A stretch of DNA of 64,000 nucleotides from Escherichia phage KKP 3954, in the sequence record OR067838.1; one strand, given 5' to 3'. The position numbers and the translations under genes were made by a program. This document shows, in pieces, positions 9,257-17,606 of the stretch. Numbering within the stretch: position 1 is the first letter of the stretch; each line of letters starts with the position of its first letter. The notes under the pieces are model-generated. The model saw nothing but the letters and a program-made list of their open reading frames with translations. It was not told the origin of the DNA and ran no database searches.

Positions 9257-9352
9257 TTAGAAAATAATAACCGCTACTACAATCCAAAATGGAACGGCTA
9301 GAATGATACCGTTAATCGTTCCAACCGTCAAGCTATTTTCTTTATTAATCAT
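9257..9352 (-). CDS. Hydrophobic micro-protein (31 aa)
   Basis: Not in ORF track; SD AAGAGG then ATG 9352; translation MINKENSLTVGTINGIILAVPFWIVVAVIIF. Confidence 0.35.
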   Translation of the reverse strand: MINKENSLTVGTINGIILAVPFWIVVAVIIF

Positions 9353-9434
9353 TGTAAGCCTCTTGTATAATTTCACTATGAGCGGCACCATTGCCGCCCT
9401 ACGTGGTAAATATTATGCTAGTGGCGGCGATATG

Positions 9435-10254
9435 TCAAAGACTATTTTCAAAGTTTTCTAGGGCGATCCTTTTTTCTTCCTCTGTCGGCTGATAATCAGG
9501 AAAAGCATCAACACACAACAACGGCGGGATCTCTTCATACTCTTCCTCTTCCGTTGTCTCCTCGTCTTCCTCCTGGGCTATGGCTGCAATTTTGGCTAAT
9601 TTTCTCTCCGCTTGAATCAGTTTACCATCAAATACGTTTTTTGCCATGTTGTAAGCGGTCCAGGTGATGCGCTTACTTTCTAGTGCTTCATCAAGCGCCG
9701 CTATCTTGCTGGGGTATTCATCCAGGACACGAAAAGCCGGATCAACTTTGTATACAAGGGATTATCTTTCGCACCGTCGCTCGCATCTTCCGCACTGGAT
9801 AAATCAGCGTTACCATTTGCCAGCCAACCAGGGCGCACATAACGCGCTTTTACGTTGCCGTTACTACGTGCTAATCTGTTACCTATTTGCTCCCCGCTAT
9901 AGCCCGTGGATTCATCGACAAGATAATCAGGAATGATGCGCGGATCATCTGCTTCATGTTTTACCCAAGACTGGATCACATATTCGCGGCCCATATTAAC
10001 CACCTTTTTTTCAACAATCGGCATACTTTAAAAAGACTTGCTGAATCCTTGCAAGGGTAGAAAGATGTACGATAGTCACGTACGCCAACCTTGCGGATCT
10101 CGATGTTCTCGCATGTTGTTTGATCAAAAATATTTATTTCATCACGCCCCCTTATATAAACATAATGGGGATGTATTAACGCATACTTTGCTAATCTGTA
10201 AAAAGCGTTATCCTTGAACGCGATCACGTGACCTTTTAATTTGATGTAAAACAT
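9435..10254 (-). CDS. Hypothetical early protein with acidic C-terminal domain; one gene split into three track ORFs (9976..10254, 9701..10024, 9435..9647) by two apparent 1-nt deletions (T7 run 10005-10011; GTATAC 9750-9755)
   Basis: Only the first ORF has promoter, leader and SD (ATG 10254); the internal ATGs lack an SD; reading continues without stops after a -1 shift at each junction; C-terminus is Glu/Asp-rich. Confidence 0.5.
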
Positions 10255-10330
10255 TCTACCACCTTACAAATAGCGGGAACTATTCCCGCTTTATGTAACA
10301 TATTAACAAATTATTCGTTAATGTCAAGCC

Positions 10331-10603
10331 TTAAAGCAAAAACGCTACATCTTGCGCTTTTAGTGTAGTATCAACCATTTTTGGGCTTTTATAATCAACA
10401 AAACGCGCGGTTTTTTCAATAGCAAAACCGAGATAATCTTGTTTATTGAATTTACATTCTTTCTTAAATGTTTCCCGCGCCACGGTGATCGCTGCGTCCA
10501 GGGATAAACGCCCGTCAATGTTGATATTTGCGAAAGATCCGCCACCGCTCATAGGTTTACCAGTGGTGCCAGCTACGATCATTGTTGCGCTATATGATGC
10601 CAT
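10331..10603 (-). CDS. Hypothetical early protein
   Basis: ORF track 10331..10663 starts inside the leader hairpin; start moved to ATG 10603. Confidence 0.5.
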   Translation of the reverse strand: MASYSATMIVAGTTGKPMSGGGSFANINIDGRLSLDAAITVARETFKKECKFNKQDYLGFAIEKTARFVDYKSPKMVDTTLKAQDVAFLL

Positions 10604-10626
10604 GATTATAATCTCTCTTCTGTTGT

Positions 10627-10650
10627 GAGCGGCTGGACCATTCCGCCGCC
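10627..10650 (-). other. Conserved GC stem-loop in the 5-prime leader of early transcripts (example copy; family consensus GGCGGCAATGGTGCCGC with compensatory variants)
   Basis: More than 20 copies between promoter -10 and SD; stem changes are compensatory (e.g. CGGGAACTATTCCCG, CGGGAAACCATTTCCCG). Confidence 0.6.
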
Positions 10651-10661
10651 CTATGTGATAC

Positions 10662-10689
10662 ATCTTATCAGGTTGTTGGTTGTTGTCAA
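10662..10689 (-). promoter_or_regulatory. Early promoter of the conserved family (TTGACA, 16 nt spacer, TAAGAT)
   Basis: Hexamers on minus strand upstream of leader hairpin 10627-10650. Confidence 0.55.
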
Positions 10690-10695
10690 TACTTT

Positions 10696-10893
10696 TTATT
10701 CTATTCCTGCAATCTGATTAACGCGTTTGCATTTTGTAGCGTGCTGGTCTTCTGTAATTACTCCCATTTCTAACAGTGAATCAATGAAAGATAAAACCGT
10801 TTCATGATCATCCTGGGGATGACTGAACTCAGTAAAACCGTTTACTACCACGTTTATTTGTCCAGCTTTCGCCACAATGTGCAATGTTGCCAT
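10696..10893 (-). CDS. Hypothetical early protein (about 65 aa)
   Basis: ORF track 10696..10983; start moved to ATG 10893 after the leader hairpin; SD GGAG. Confidence 0.5.
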   Translation of the reverse strand: MATLHIVAKAGQINVVVNGFTEFSHPQDDHETVLSFIDSLLEMGVITEDQHATKCKRVNQIAGIE

Positions 10894-11080
10894 GATCTTA
10901 ACTCCAAATAGTGAGCGGCACCATTGCCGCGCTACGTGGTAAATATTATGCCGCCACCTGGCGAACGTCAACCACTTTTTCAATCTTTTTTATTTTCTTT
11001 TTGCTTGCTATATATAAAGGAAAGGGCTATCATCTTTCTACCGCGCCAACCAGGGCGCACAACAAAGAAAGGGCGACACC

Positions 11081-11347
11081 ATGACAACTACTACATTACA
11101 CCTTATGCACTCATTGGGCTGGCAAGGCGGCACGGTGCACCAGGTAGCAAGCGCAACAGGCTTAAAGGTTGAAACCGTTCTCAACCTGGGCGATCATAAA
11201 GTGGAAGAGATAGAACATTTTGATCCGTTCGCTGATGGTTATTTATGGGCTTGCAGTGGCGGCGGGGAAAGCAAGATCCCGCCAGCGGCGCGGGGCGATA
11301 TGCATTTTTGGTTAGGTGTCCTTTCCTGGCAAGAAAACAAAAAATAA
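11081..11347 (+). CDS. Hypothetical protein in a GC-rich island (atypical composition, possible moron)
   Basis: ORF track; only plus-strand gene in the first 18 kb; local GC clearly above the genome background. Confidence 0.45.
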   Translation: MTTTTLHLMHSLGWQGGTVHQVASATGLKVETVLNLGDHKVEEIEHFDPFADGYLWACSGGGESKIPPAARGDMHFWLGVLSWQENKK

Positions 11348-11349
11348 TC

Positions 11350-11378
11350 TTGACAAGCCCAGGGATCGGGCTTATACT
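11350..11378 (+). promoter_or_regulatory. Near-consensus sigma70 promoter (TTGACA, 17 nt spacer, TATACT) followed by a GC-rich structured segment of about 110 nt
   Basis: Hexamers seen directly; same GGG(A)CTTATACT -10 context recurs at 46759-46787. Confidence 0.5.
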
Positions 11379-11719
11379 GTTTTACATACAGAAGAGGAAG
11401 CGCCACCCCACGGCGTAAAGGCGGGGCTAACATACCAGGGCGCTGGTTGGAAGGTTGATCGCCGGTAGGCTGGGCGCTATATATTTGTAAAGAAATGTAA
11501 AGATAAAATAATCGCTTGCTTTCCTGGCTGGATCTGTTATTCTTATTACATGGCGAGGGGATACGGGAACGCGAGACAAACACCGCCCCTGCGCGTCATT
11601 CTCTAAATGAGAATGATTATCATTTACCTTATTGAATAAGAATCAATCTCATTTATAAACTTAAATGCGAATCATTATCATTTGCATTTCCATATGAGAA
11701 CTCTTCTCATTCTCACCTG

Positions 11720-11960
11720 CATAAATTTTTGTAAACTTTAAATTTTGCTTTTGTATTTTCATTTTTGTAAAAGCAAAAAAACTTTAAATACTGTGGGCGC
11801 GCAAAATTTTTAAAATTTTCCTTGACTTTTGAGTTTTGTTTTGTATCTAACATTTTAAGATAATTTTCCTAAACTTTAAATTTTGGTTTTCAACTTTCAC
11901 TTTTGTAAATTCTTAAAAAGTTTAAATAATTTGAGGAATTTTTGAGATAACAGGTAGTGG
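11720..11960. repeat. AT-rich region with two imperfect direct repeats of about 65 bp (each with AAACTTTAAATTTTG and TTTTGTAAA) and a TTTGAGATAAC direct repeat
   Basis: Repeats read directly in the sequence; no ORFs; lies between the two minus-strand gene clusters. Confidence 0.45.
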
Positions 11961-12060
11961 TAATTTGAGATAACCTTTAATCTTGTTGGTAAACCTTCAG
12001 GAACCCACCTAGATCGAATCCTAGAAAGGTCAACTGAAAAAGACAAGTGTTTGTATAGGA

Positions 12061-12096
12061 CAAAATAATAGGCTCTCTACGGTGCTGTAGGAGCCT
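12061..12096 (-). terminator. Rho-independent terminator downstream of the NADAR gene
   Basis: Hairpin GGCTCTCTAC..GTAGGAGCC followed by T-rich tract on minus strand. Confidence 0.5.
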
Positions 12097-12151
12097 TATT
12101 TCTGTGCTACAAAGTGGCACCTTTGTTCTAAAAATGAAAAAAGTTAAAATA

Positions 12152-12694
12152 TCACAAATATCGTCTTTGCGGTATTTTGTCTGGGAAAAGTATTTCGATC
12201 AGTTTATTATGATATTTGCCTAAAAGATTCTGCCCTTTCCAAGTGGCAGGGTTGAGCACCCCTGGTTCATACATCCCCATTCCAATTCCGTAAACCTTAT
12301 CGTAGGGGCTTGCTTCAACAAACGTTTTGTATTGGTAAAGGTGCAAGTCTGCATACAAATCTGGATTCTGTATATATTTCAAGCATAAACCTCGCATAAC
12401 AATACGCTCACGGTTCTCTTCCCACACGTTGTTATCAAAATCCGACACTGCCCTACCCATACGTTTGTAATAAGCTTGTTTCCTCTCGTTGTCACGTATA
12501 GTCGAGTGATCAAGGATAGCTGCTGCAATCGCATGATCCTTGAACAGCAAAGCCTTACGCCACATCATGTATTGCTCAACACAACAGAAAGTCTCATTGT
12601 AACCTGGTTCGGTTTCTGTAAAGGGTGCAATATACCAATTACTAAAAACATCTTTATGTGAAAAGAAGAATACATATTCGTCAGTTATTCTCAT
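12152..12694 (-). CDS. NADAR-domain (YbiA-like, DUF1768) protein; candidate ADP-ribose-processing enzyme
   Basis: 180 aa; FFF..FSNW..PF, EQ..M..KA.LF and NP.L motifs typical of the YbiA/NADAR fold. Confidence 0.6.
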   Translation of the reverse strand: MRITDEYVFFFSHKDVFSNWYIAPFTETEPGYNETFCCVEQYMMWRKALLFKDHAIAAAILDHSTIRDNERKQAYYKRMGRAVSDFDNNVWEENRERIVMRGLCLKYIQNPDLYADLHLYQYKTFVEASPYDKVYGIGMGMYEPGVLNPATWKGQNLLGKYHNKLIEILFPDKIPQRRYL

Positions 12695-12870
12695 TTTTTC
12701 ATACCTTCTAAGACTTTAGCTTGCCCGTCTTGAAAAGCTTTCATCAGAACTATCTTAAGATTGACTTCCAAACGTTCTTCATCCTCTTTATAACAATCCA
12801 ACACTGCTTTAAGTTCATCATAGTGGTTCAGAATAGGTTTAAAGATTTCATGATCTGCTAAACGTGCCAT
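12691..12870 (-). CDS. Hypothetical protein (about 59 aa)
   Basis: ORF track 12691..12906; start moved to ATG 12870 with SD AAGGAG. Confidence 0.5.
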   Translation of the reverse strand: MARLADHEIFKPILNHYDELKAVLDCYKEDEERLEVNLKIVLMKAFQDGQAKVLEGMKK

Positions 12871-12883
12871 AGTTTCTCCTTTG

Positions 12884-13249
12884 TTAATCCATCCACCAGT
12901 AGCCATAAACTGCGTCTGCGTCGATGAGTTTGTGTTTGTTGTTCCGCATGTAGTCTAAGATAAGTAGACGTTTATTGTATCTAGAGAGATTATGACCCTC
13001 TTTTCCGCCATAGTCAAAATATTTTGCAAGATCTTTACACTCAAACAAAATCAGTTCGGGAGTTTCTTCACACTGGTCTGTCTGGTACACTTGACGAATG
13101 ATCATGTATACATCGTCGTCTTCCGCTAAATGCTCTACTGGTCCACATCCAGCAGGAACAAATTCATAGTCCCATCTGATCAGATGTTTCTCTACTGCTT
13201 CAAAGAAGTCCATTCTTTCGTTGCGCATAATTTGAACGTCAACTAACAT
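12884..13249 (-). CDS. Hypothetical protein
   Basis: ORF track; ATG 13249 with SD AGGAGGA; contains an in-frame GTATAC at 13106-13111 with no break. Confidence 0.55.
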   Translation of the reverse strand: MLVDVQIMRNERMDFFEAVEKHLIRWDYEFVPAGCGPVEHLAEDDDVYMIIRQVYQTDQCEETPELILFECKDLAKYFDYGGKEGHNLSRYNKRLLILDYMRNNKHKLIDADAVYGYWWMD

Positions 13250-14234
13250 GTTTCCTCCTGTAATGTTCCACCATAAAGTTTATAAATGTTTTGTATTGAG
13301 GCCATGCAAGATAACTCTACTGTTTCTGTGTAGCCATCTGGCATAGAATATTTGCTCACTGCTTCCGTGTGAAGGACACGCTTACAACGCTTTTCTGCAT
13401 CTTTGCATTGCTTCACAGTAGGGAAGTGCCACACTTGGCTCTGTTTCATAGTAAACACATTATGACTATTTTGTTCTTTGATACGGCGATCACTACTATT
13501 GGCAATACCAAACTTCAAAGCACAGAGAAGATTTTGTTCATCGTAGATATAGTTGATGTATGCCTGTTGTTGTGTATGCCCTTTACACTGCGGACAACCA
13601 CGCCCCTTATGTAATAAGTGGTCAGCATTCCCTATTTGCTCCCCGTGATCCTTACATCCATATTTAAACTCTCCTGTTGAGGAAGGTTTACTAATCCACT
13701 CCATCCAGATATATCCTTTACTTTCTAAACCTTTTCTCACCTTGTAAGTGATCTGATCTTTTGTGTAACGGTAAACTCTAGTATACAACGACAAGGGATA
13801 ATCCCTTTTTTAAGATCGTTCCCTGCAATGTAAAATTTACCATCACACACTCCTGCTTGTACGTATTCATCATGAGAACAAACAGGACATTCAACCATCC
13901 AGAGAATATGACTCCCTTTACGTTTGCCTGTATTGGTGAAAATAGTACCAGGTTTAAACTTTCCTGTGTTAATGAAATCTTTTATGTGCTGATCGTCTGT
14001 CTTACCTCCTTTCCCAACTCCTTTCCCAATTGCACAGACAGGACAACCAGCACGACCAGTTTTAAAGTTTTTAAATGTTGTAGTGTTCCATTCATGAGCA
14101 TACTGACAACGATTGATCATTTTCGTGTGTTGTCCTGTAAACGGCTCAACAATTCCAATAATCTCAATCCCTTTAGCAGCAGCAATAGGTTGACACTCTT
14201 CAATATATTGTTCAATACTCTTCTTTACTGGCAT
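13243..14234 (-). CDS. Zn-finger plus T5orf172 (MUG113-like) domain protein; split into track ORFs 13737..14243 and 13243..13794 by an apparent 1-nt deletion at GTATAC 13781-13786
   Basis: N-terminal CxxC pairs; C-terminal LKFGIANSSDRRIKEQN resembles the T5orf172 core; the two ORFs join after a -1 shift inside the overlap. Confidence 0.45.
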
Positions 14235-14311
14235 ATCTAACAATTATCTCCCTATTAAACTGAAATCAATATAACAAAACCCGCCGAAGCGGGTTTAATA
14301 AGGGAGCCTTA

Positions 14312-15453
14312 TTAGAACACGCTACCCAGTGTGGTGGAACGTTGTGTTACAGGCTCCAGCACCACTCGCAGAGTGTTACCTGGTGTAGTGCTCGTCACCA
14401 GAATCTTACCACCTTCAATCAGATCACAAGTTAGACCATCACCCGTTGCACATAGATCAATATGTGGATCACCATCTTCGTCCAGGATAACATAACTGTT
14501 GGTTTCCATTGCTTCCACTTCATCATCTTTCAAACTTTGTAGATAGATGTTCAGGGAACAAGCGCCCGACAAAAACTTAGTAGGGGTGAAGTCGTGCCAG
14601 TTATTGATCCAATTCACCTTCAAGGTTTTGCCATTAGCTACGATAGAAGCCACATTCCATTTAGCATCGTTCCCTAAAGAAATACCCATCATTTCAAGAC
14701 ATTCTTTAAAAGTCATTTTTGGATAGAAATTCAATTCTTCTACAATGCCTTGAATAACATCGAAAGACAACTCTGTGCTAACATCCCATAAACGTTGGAA
14801 GTTATCTACGTGCTTTTTATTTACCAAGTTCTTATCCAAGTAATCTAACATAGTTTCACTAGACAGTTTATCGTAATTGAAACTGTAGTAGATACGACTA
14901 GGACGGTTTACAAAATATTCCGAGATATAGCCACTATTTTTAGTGAGGATGTAAAGTTTATTTCCACTTCCTGTTCCATCCAACAAGGTCAACAGTGCTT
15001 CCTGATCTTCTTTCTTAGCGTATACACTTTATCAAACTCGTCAAATAAAACAACAGCACGATCTGTAATTTTACTCATAAATTCTAAGAATCCAGCATCT
15101 GTGTAAGGCTGTGTCACCAAAATGGTTGGAATACCTAAACCTTCTGTGGACATTAGGGACATGCTAATCAGTTTAGCTAACATCGTCTTACCACTGCCCT
15201 TTGTCCCTGTCAGTAACACCCCAGTATTTTTACCTTCTTTACTACGACGAGCAAATGTTTTAATAACATGTGCGGCGCGGTCTTTAGTTTCCCCATAAAG
15301 AGTGTTCGGAAGAGAGAAACTTTCGCCACGCACTAAAGAGTAGTTACCGTGCGGATCGCAGTTGACAACCCAAACTCCAGCAGGAAGTTTATTAGCTTCA
15401 ACACCATATTCCTTATTTACAACAGCCACATCTCCAAAAATAGTGTATTTCAT
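14312..15453 (-). CDS. P-loop NTPase (AAA-type ATPase); split into track ORFs 14989..15507 and 14312..14992 by an apparent 1-nt deletion at GTATAC 15020-15025
   Basis: Walker A GTKGSGKT and Walker B VVLFDEFD; start at ATG 15453 with SD AAGGAG; downstream ORF begins on TTG without an SD and continues in the -1 frame. Confidence 0.55.
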
Positions 15454-15478
15454 TAAAACGTTTCTCCTTTTAAAATAA

Positions 15479-15811
15479 TTACTGTAAACTTTGCAGTTTT
15501 TTCTCACTCTTAATATTCTTGATTAATAAATACTCTCCTCCAGGTGCATCTTTGTATTGTTTAATAGCTACTATTTCATTTTTGCAAGTAGCTATAATCG
15601 AATAAAAAGGACGTTCCGTGTTATCTTCTTTTCCTGTATATGCCTCAACATCTTTGCACTCTTCTAGAACACCATTCCCAGGTGTATAGTAAAACTTGTT
15701 GCCTGTGATCACAACATCTTTACCAATATCCGTTTTAACTGCTACAAATTTTTGAGCGTAAGTGGTGAAGCTTACGGTAGCCAGCAATGTGGCTAAGATT
15801 AATTTTTTCAT
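15479..15811 (-). CDS. Small secreted protein (signal peptide)
   Basis: ORF track 15479..15841; ATG 15811; N-terminus MKKLILATLLATVSFTTYA. Confidence 0.55.
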   Translation of the reverse strand: MKKLILATLLATVSFTTYAQKFVAVKTDIGKDVVITGNKFYYTPGNGVLEECKDVEAYTGKEDNTERPFYSIIATCKNEIVAIKQYKDAPGGEYLLIKNIKSEKKLQSLQ

Positions 15812-15822
15812 AAACTTCCCTC

Positions 15823-15987
15823 CTATTCCCACAACATACAAATCGCAGCGACAAACATATTAGCAATAGCCGCACCAAGAACTATAAACATCGCCAATTC
15901 AGAACAATATTCACCAACCAAAGGGGATACTATTGCACAAAGTAGTCCCAATGTCAAACACAAGTTGATGATGAAGTTTAAAATCAT
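15823..15987 (-). CDS. Hydrophobic small membrane protein (54 aa)
   Basis: Not in ORF track; ATG 15987; two hydrophobic segments; stop abuts the SD of the next gene. Confidence 0.4.
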   Translation of the reverse strand: MILNFIINLCLTLGLLCAIVSPLVGEYCSELAMFIVLGAAIANMFVAAICMLWE

Positions 15988-15996
15988 ATTCTCTCC

Positions 15997-16161
15997 TTAC
16001 AACCAACCCTTTGCCTGATAGCCTTTAGAAAATCCATCTTCCCATTCTTCGAATTCCTTTTTGTGTGTCATTGGACAATATGGATTTACTTTATTAAACA
16101 TACCAAACTTGAACCCTGCGGTATACCCTTTCTTAAAAGCTATTGATTCTAAAGAGATCAT
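15997..16161 (-). CDS. Hypothetical protein (about 54 aa)
   Basis: ORF track 15997..16188; start moved to ATG 16161 with SD AGGAG. Confidence 0.5.
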   Translation of the reverse strand: MISLESIAFKKGYTAGFKFGMFNKVNPYCPMTHKKEFEEWEDGFSKGYQAKGWL

Positions 16162-16174
16162 ATTCTTTCTCCTC

Positions 16175-16426
16175 TTAGAACTCGACAATGATTTTGTCTA
16201 AGTGTTCTGCTTCAACTTGGGATAATGTTAACACCTGCACCAAACCTCTGTCAATACCAATTTTAATGACTTGCAAATAATCACCAAAAAGATCTGATAA
16301 AGAAATAGCATGTTCCGTAACTACAATAACTTCATTACCTTTAGTGTATTCTTTCCACACCCGACCACATTTATAAATGTAATCTTTTTGATCTTCAGTA
16401 ATCATTTTAGGTTTGATACTTAACAT
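16175..16426 (-). CDS. Hypothetical protein
   Basis: ORF track; ATG 16426 overlapping upstream stop (TAATG). Confidence 0.55.
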   Translation of the reverse strand: MLSIKPKMITEDQKDYIYKCGRVWKEYTKGNEVIVVTEHAISLSDLFGDYLQVIKIGIDRGLVQVLTLSQVEAEHLDKIIVEF

Positions 16427-16764
16427 TACATACTCCCGTATTCTGGTTCAATATTATGTTTACGACAAATGGTATCCCAACGTTCATTACCAAAACTTCT
16501 TCCATGTAGAGCGTTAAATGCGAAATGCTCTGCCAACCACAATACTACATCATCAGGATCTGTGTCAAGAGGAATTCTAAACTCTCGATCATAACGCATA
16601 CGCAGAATAAAATCCTTATCATCTTCAAGGAGATACATGTGACTTTTAGCCCGTGATGCCAAATCAAAGAAAGGAGGCTCGTCTTTCCAAACGTGCCGCT
16701 CAACTTCAACACCATGATCAACTACCAGAGTAGCGATCACCTCTCTCATTTCTTTACTAAACAT
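16426..16764 (-). CDS. Hypothetical protein
   Basis: ORF track 16426..16782; start moved to ATG 16764 with SD GGAGGT. Confidence 0.55.
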   Translation of the reverse strand: MFSKEMREVIATLVVDHGVEVERHVWKDEPPFFDLASRAKSHMYLLEDDKDFILRMRYDREFRIPLDTDPDDVVLWLAEHFAFNALHGRSFGNERWDTICRKHNIEPEYGSM

Positions 16765-16774
16765 ATTACCTCCA

Positions 16775-16951
16775 TTAACCAATTAGTTCAACCGATTTGC
16801 AAATGTAGATCCAAACTGGAGTGAGCATAAGAGCTATACCGAATGCACAATTCCACTTAATTCCCATTTCCTCTATTAGAGACATGATTAAGCCAACAGC
16901 ACTAATAATCAGATAGATCCCTAAGAAAGCCATTGTGAAGAATTCAGACAT
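16775..16951 (-). CDS. Small membrane protein (two predicted TM segments)
   Basis: ORF track 16775..16963; ATG 16951 with SD GGAG. Confidence 0.5.
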   Translation of the reverse strand: MSEFFTMAFLGIYLIISAVGLIMSLIEEMGIKWNCAFGIALMLTPVWIYICKSVELIG

Positions 16952-16953
16952 AT

Positions 16954-17310
16954 TTAGCTCCAAAGATTATCAAAATAACTAGCGAATAAAAGACGGCCTT
17001 CTAACCGTGCCTTCCTTTGATCTTCAGCATACACGATTTCTGGATTACCACTATCAATAAAAGCATTCTCCATCTTTTCTAAAATATTTAACCACTCTCT
17101 TCTACCTGTCTCCTCTTCTTCATCTGTATACGGCGCACTTCGATTTGGATACAAAACACGCATCAGTTTAGTGGGGATCATGACAAACGTGCTATTGTTT
17201 GCCTTCTCACGGAAGGCTTTAATTCCTGCATAGATTACCTTCCCCAAAGCTGCATCCAAATCCATCAGGTCACTTTCTTCTATTTGAATTTCATCGTGTA
17301 TAATTTTCAT
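16954..17310 (-). CDS. Hypothetical protein
   Basis: ORF track; ATG overlapping upstream stop (ATGA). Confidence 0.55.
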   Translation of the reverse strand: MKIIHDEIQIEESDLMDLDAALGKVIYAGIKAFREKANNSTFVMIPTKLMRVLYPNRSAPYTDEEEETGRREWLNILEKMENAFIDSGNPEIVYAEDQRKARLEGRLLFASYFDNLWS

Positions 17311-17594
17311 CGTGCCTTCTCCCGATCTGCATCTAATTTCAACAAGAAAGCTGTATACTCTTCCGAACCTTGGTGTAAAAACATGTGATAAGAGCTTACC
17401 AGTTTCTTCGTTGTCGTATAACGTTCCATTTCCCCAACAACACCTCCACCTAGTGTGTAGAGCACAATACCTTCAACTCCAACATGGGTTACTACTTCAA
17501 CCAAATCTGTGTTATCCCAATAGTAGTTAGGTGACACAATAAGATCTCCCACTGCCAGTTTAATGTTTGCTACTTCGTCTTGTGAATAGTACAT
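17307..17594 (-). CDS. Hypothetical protein
   Basis: ORF track; ATG 17594 with SD GAGAGGAG. Confidence 0.55.
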   Translation of the reverse strand: MYYSQDEVANIKLAVGDLIVSPNYYWDNTDLVEVVTHVGVEGIVLYTLGGGVVGEMERYTTTKKLVSSYHMFLHQGSEEYTAFLLKLDADREKAR

Positions 17595-17606
17595 TTTGTT
17601 CTCCTC

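Noticed and set aside
1650-10983. Regularly recurring GC-rich repeats in the early region, which could look like a CRISPR array
   Set aside because: The repeats are promoter plus leader hairpins spaced 250-450 bp apart with protein-coding genes between them; spacing and repeat length do not fit a CRISPR repeat-spacer array.
11239-11583. Minus-strand 114-aa ORF across the GC-rich island
   Set aside because: Pro/Ser/Gln-rich low-complexity translation, no SD, and it runs antisense through the consensus plus-strand promoter; more likely a GC-rich open frame than a gene.
12000-12045. tRNA-like T-loop sequence GATCGAATCC
   Set aside because: The flanking sequence does not form a T-stem, acceptor stem or anticodon arm; no cloverleaf could be built by hand. 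No tRNA gene was recognised anywhere in the window.
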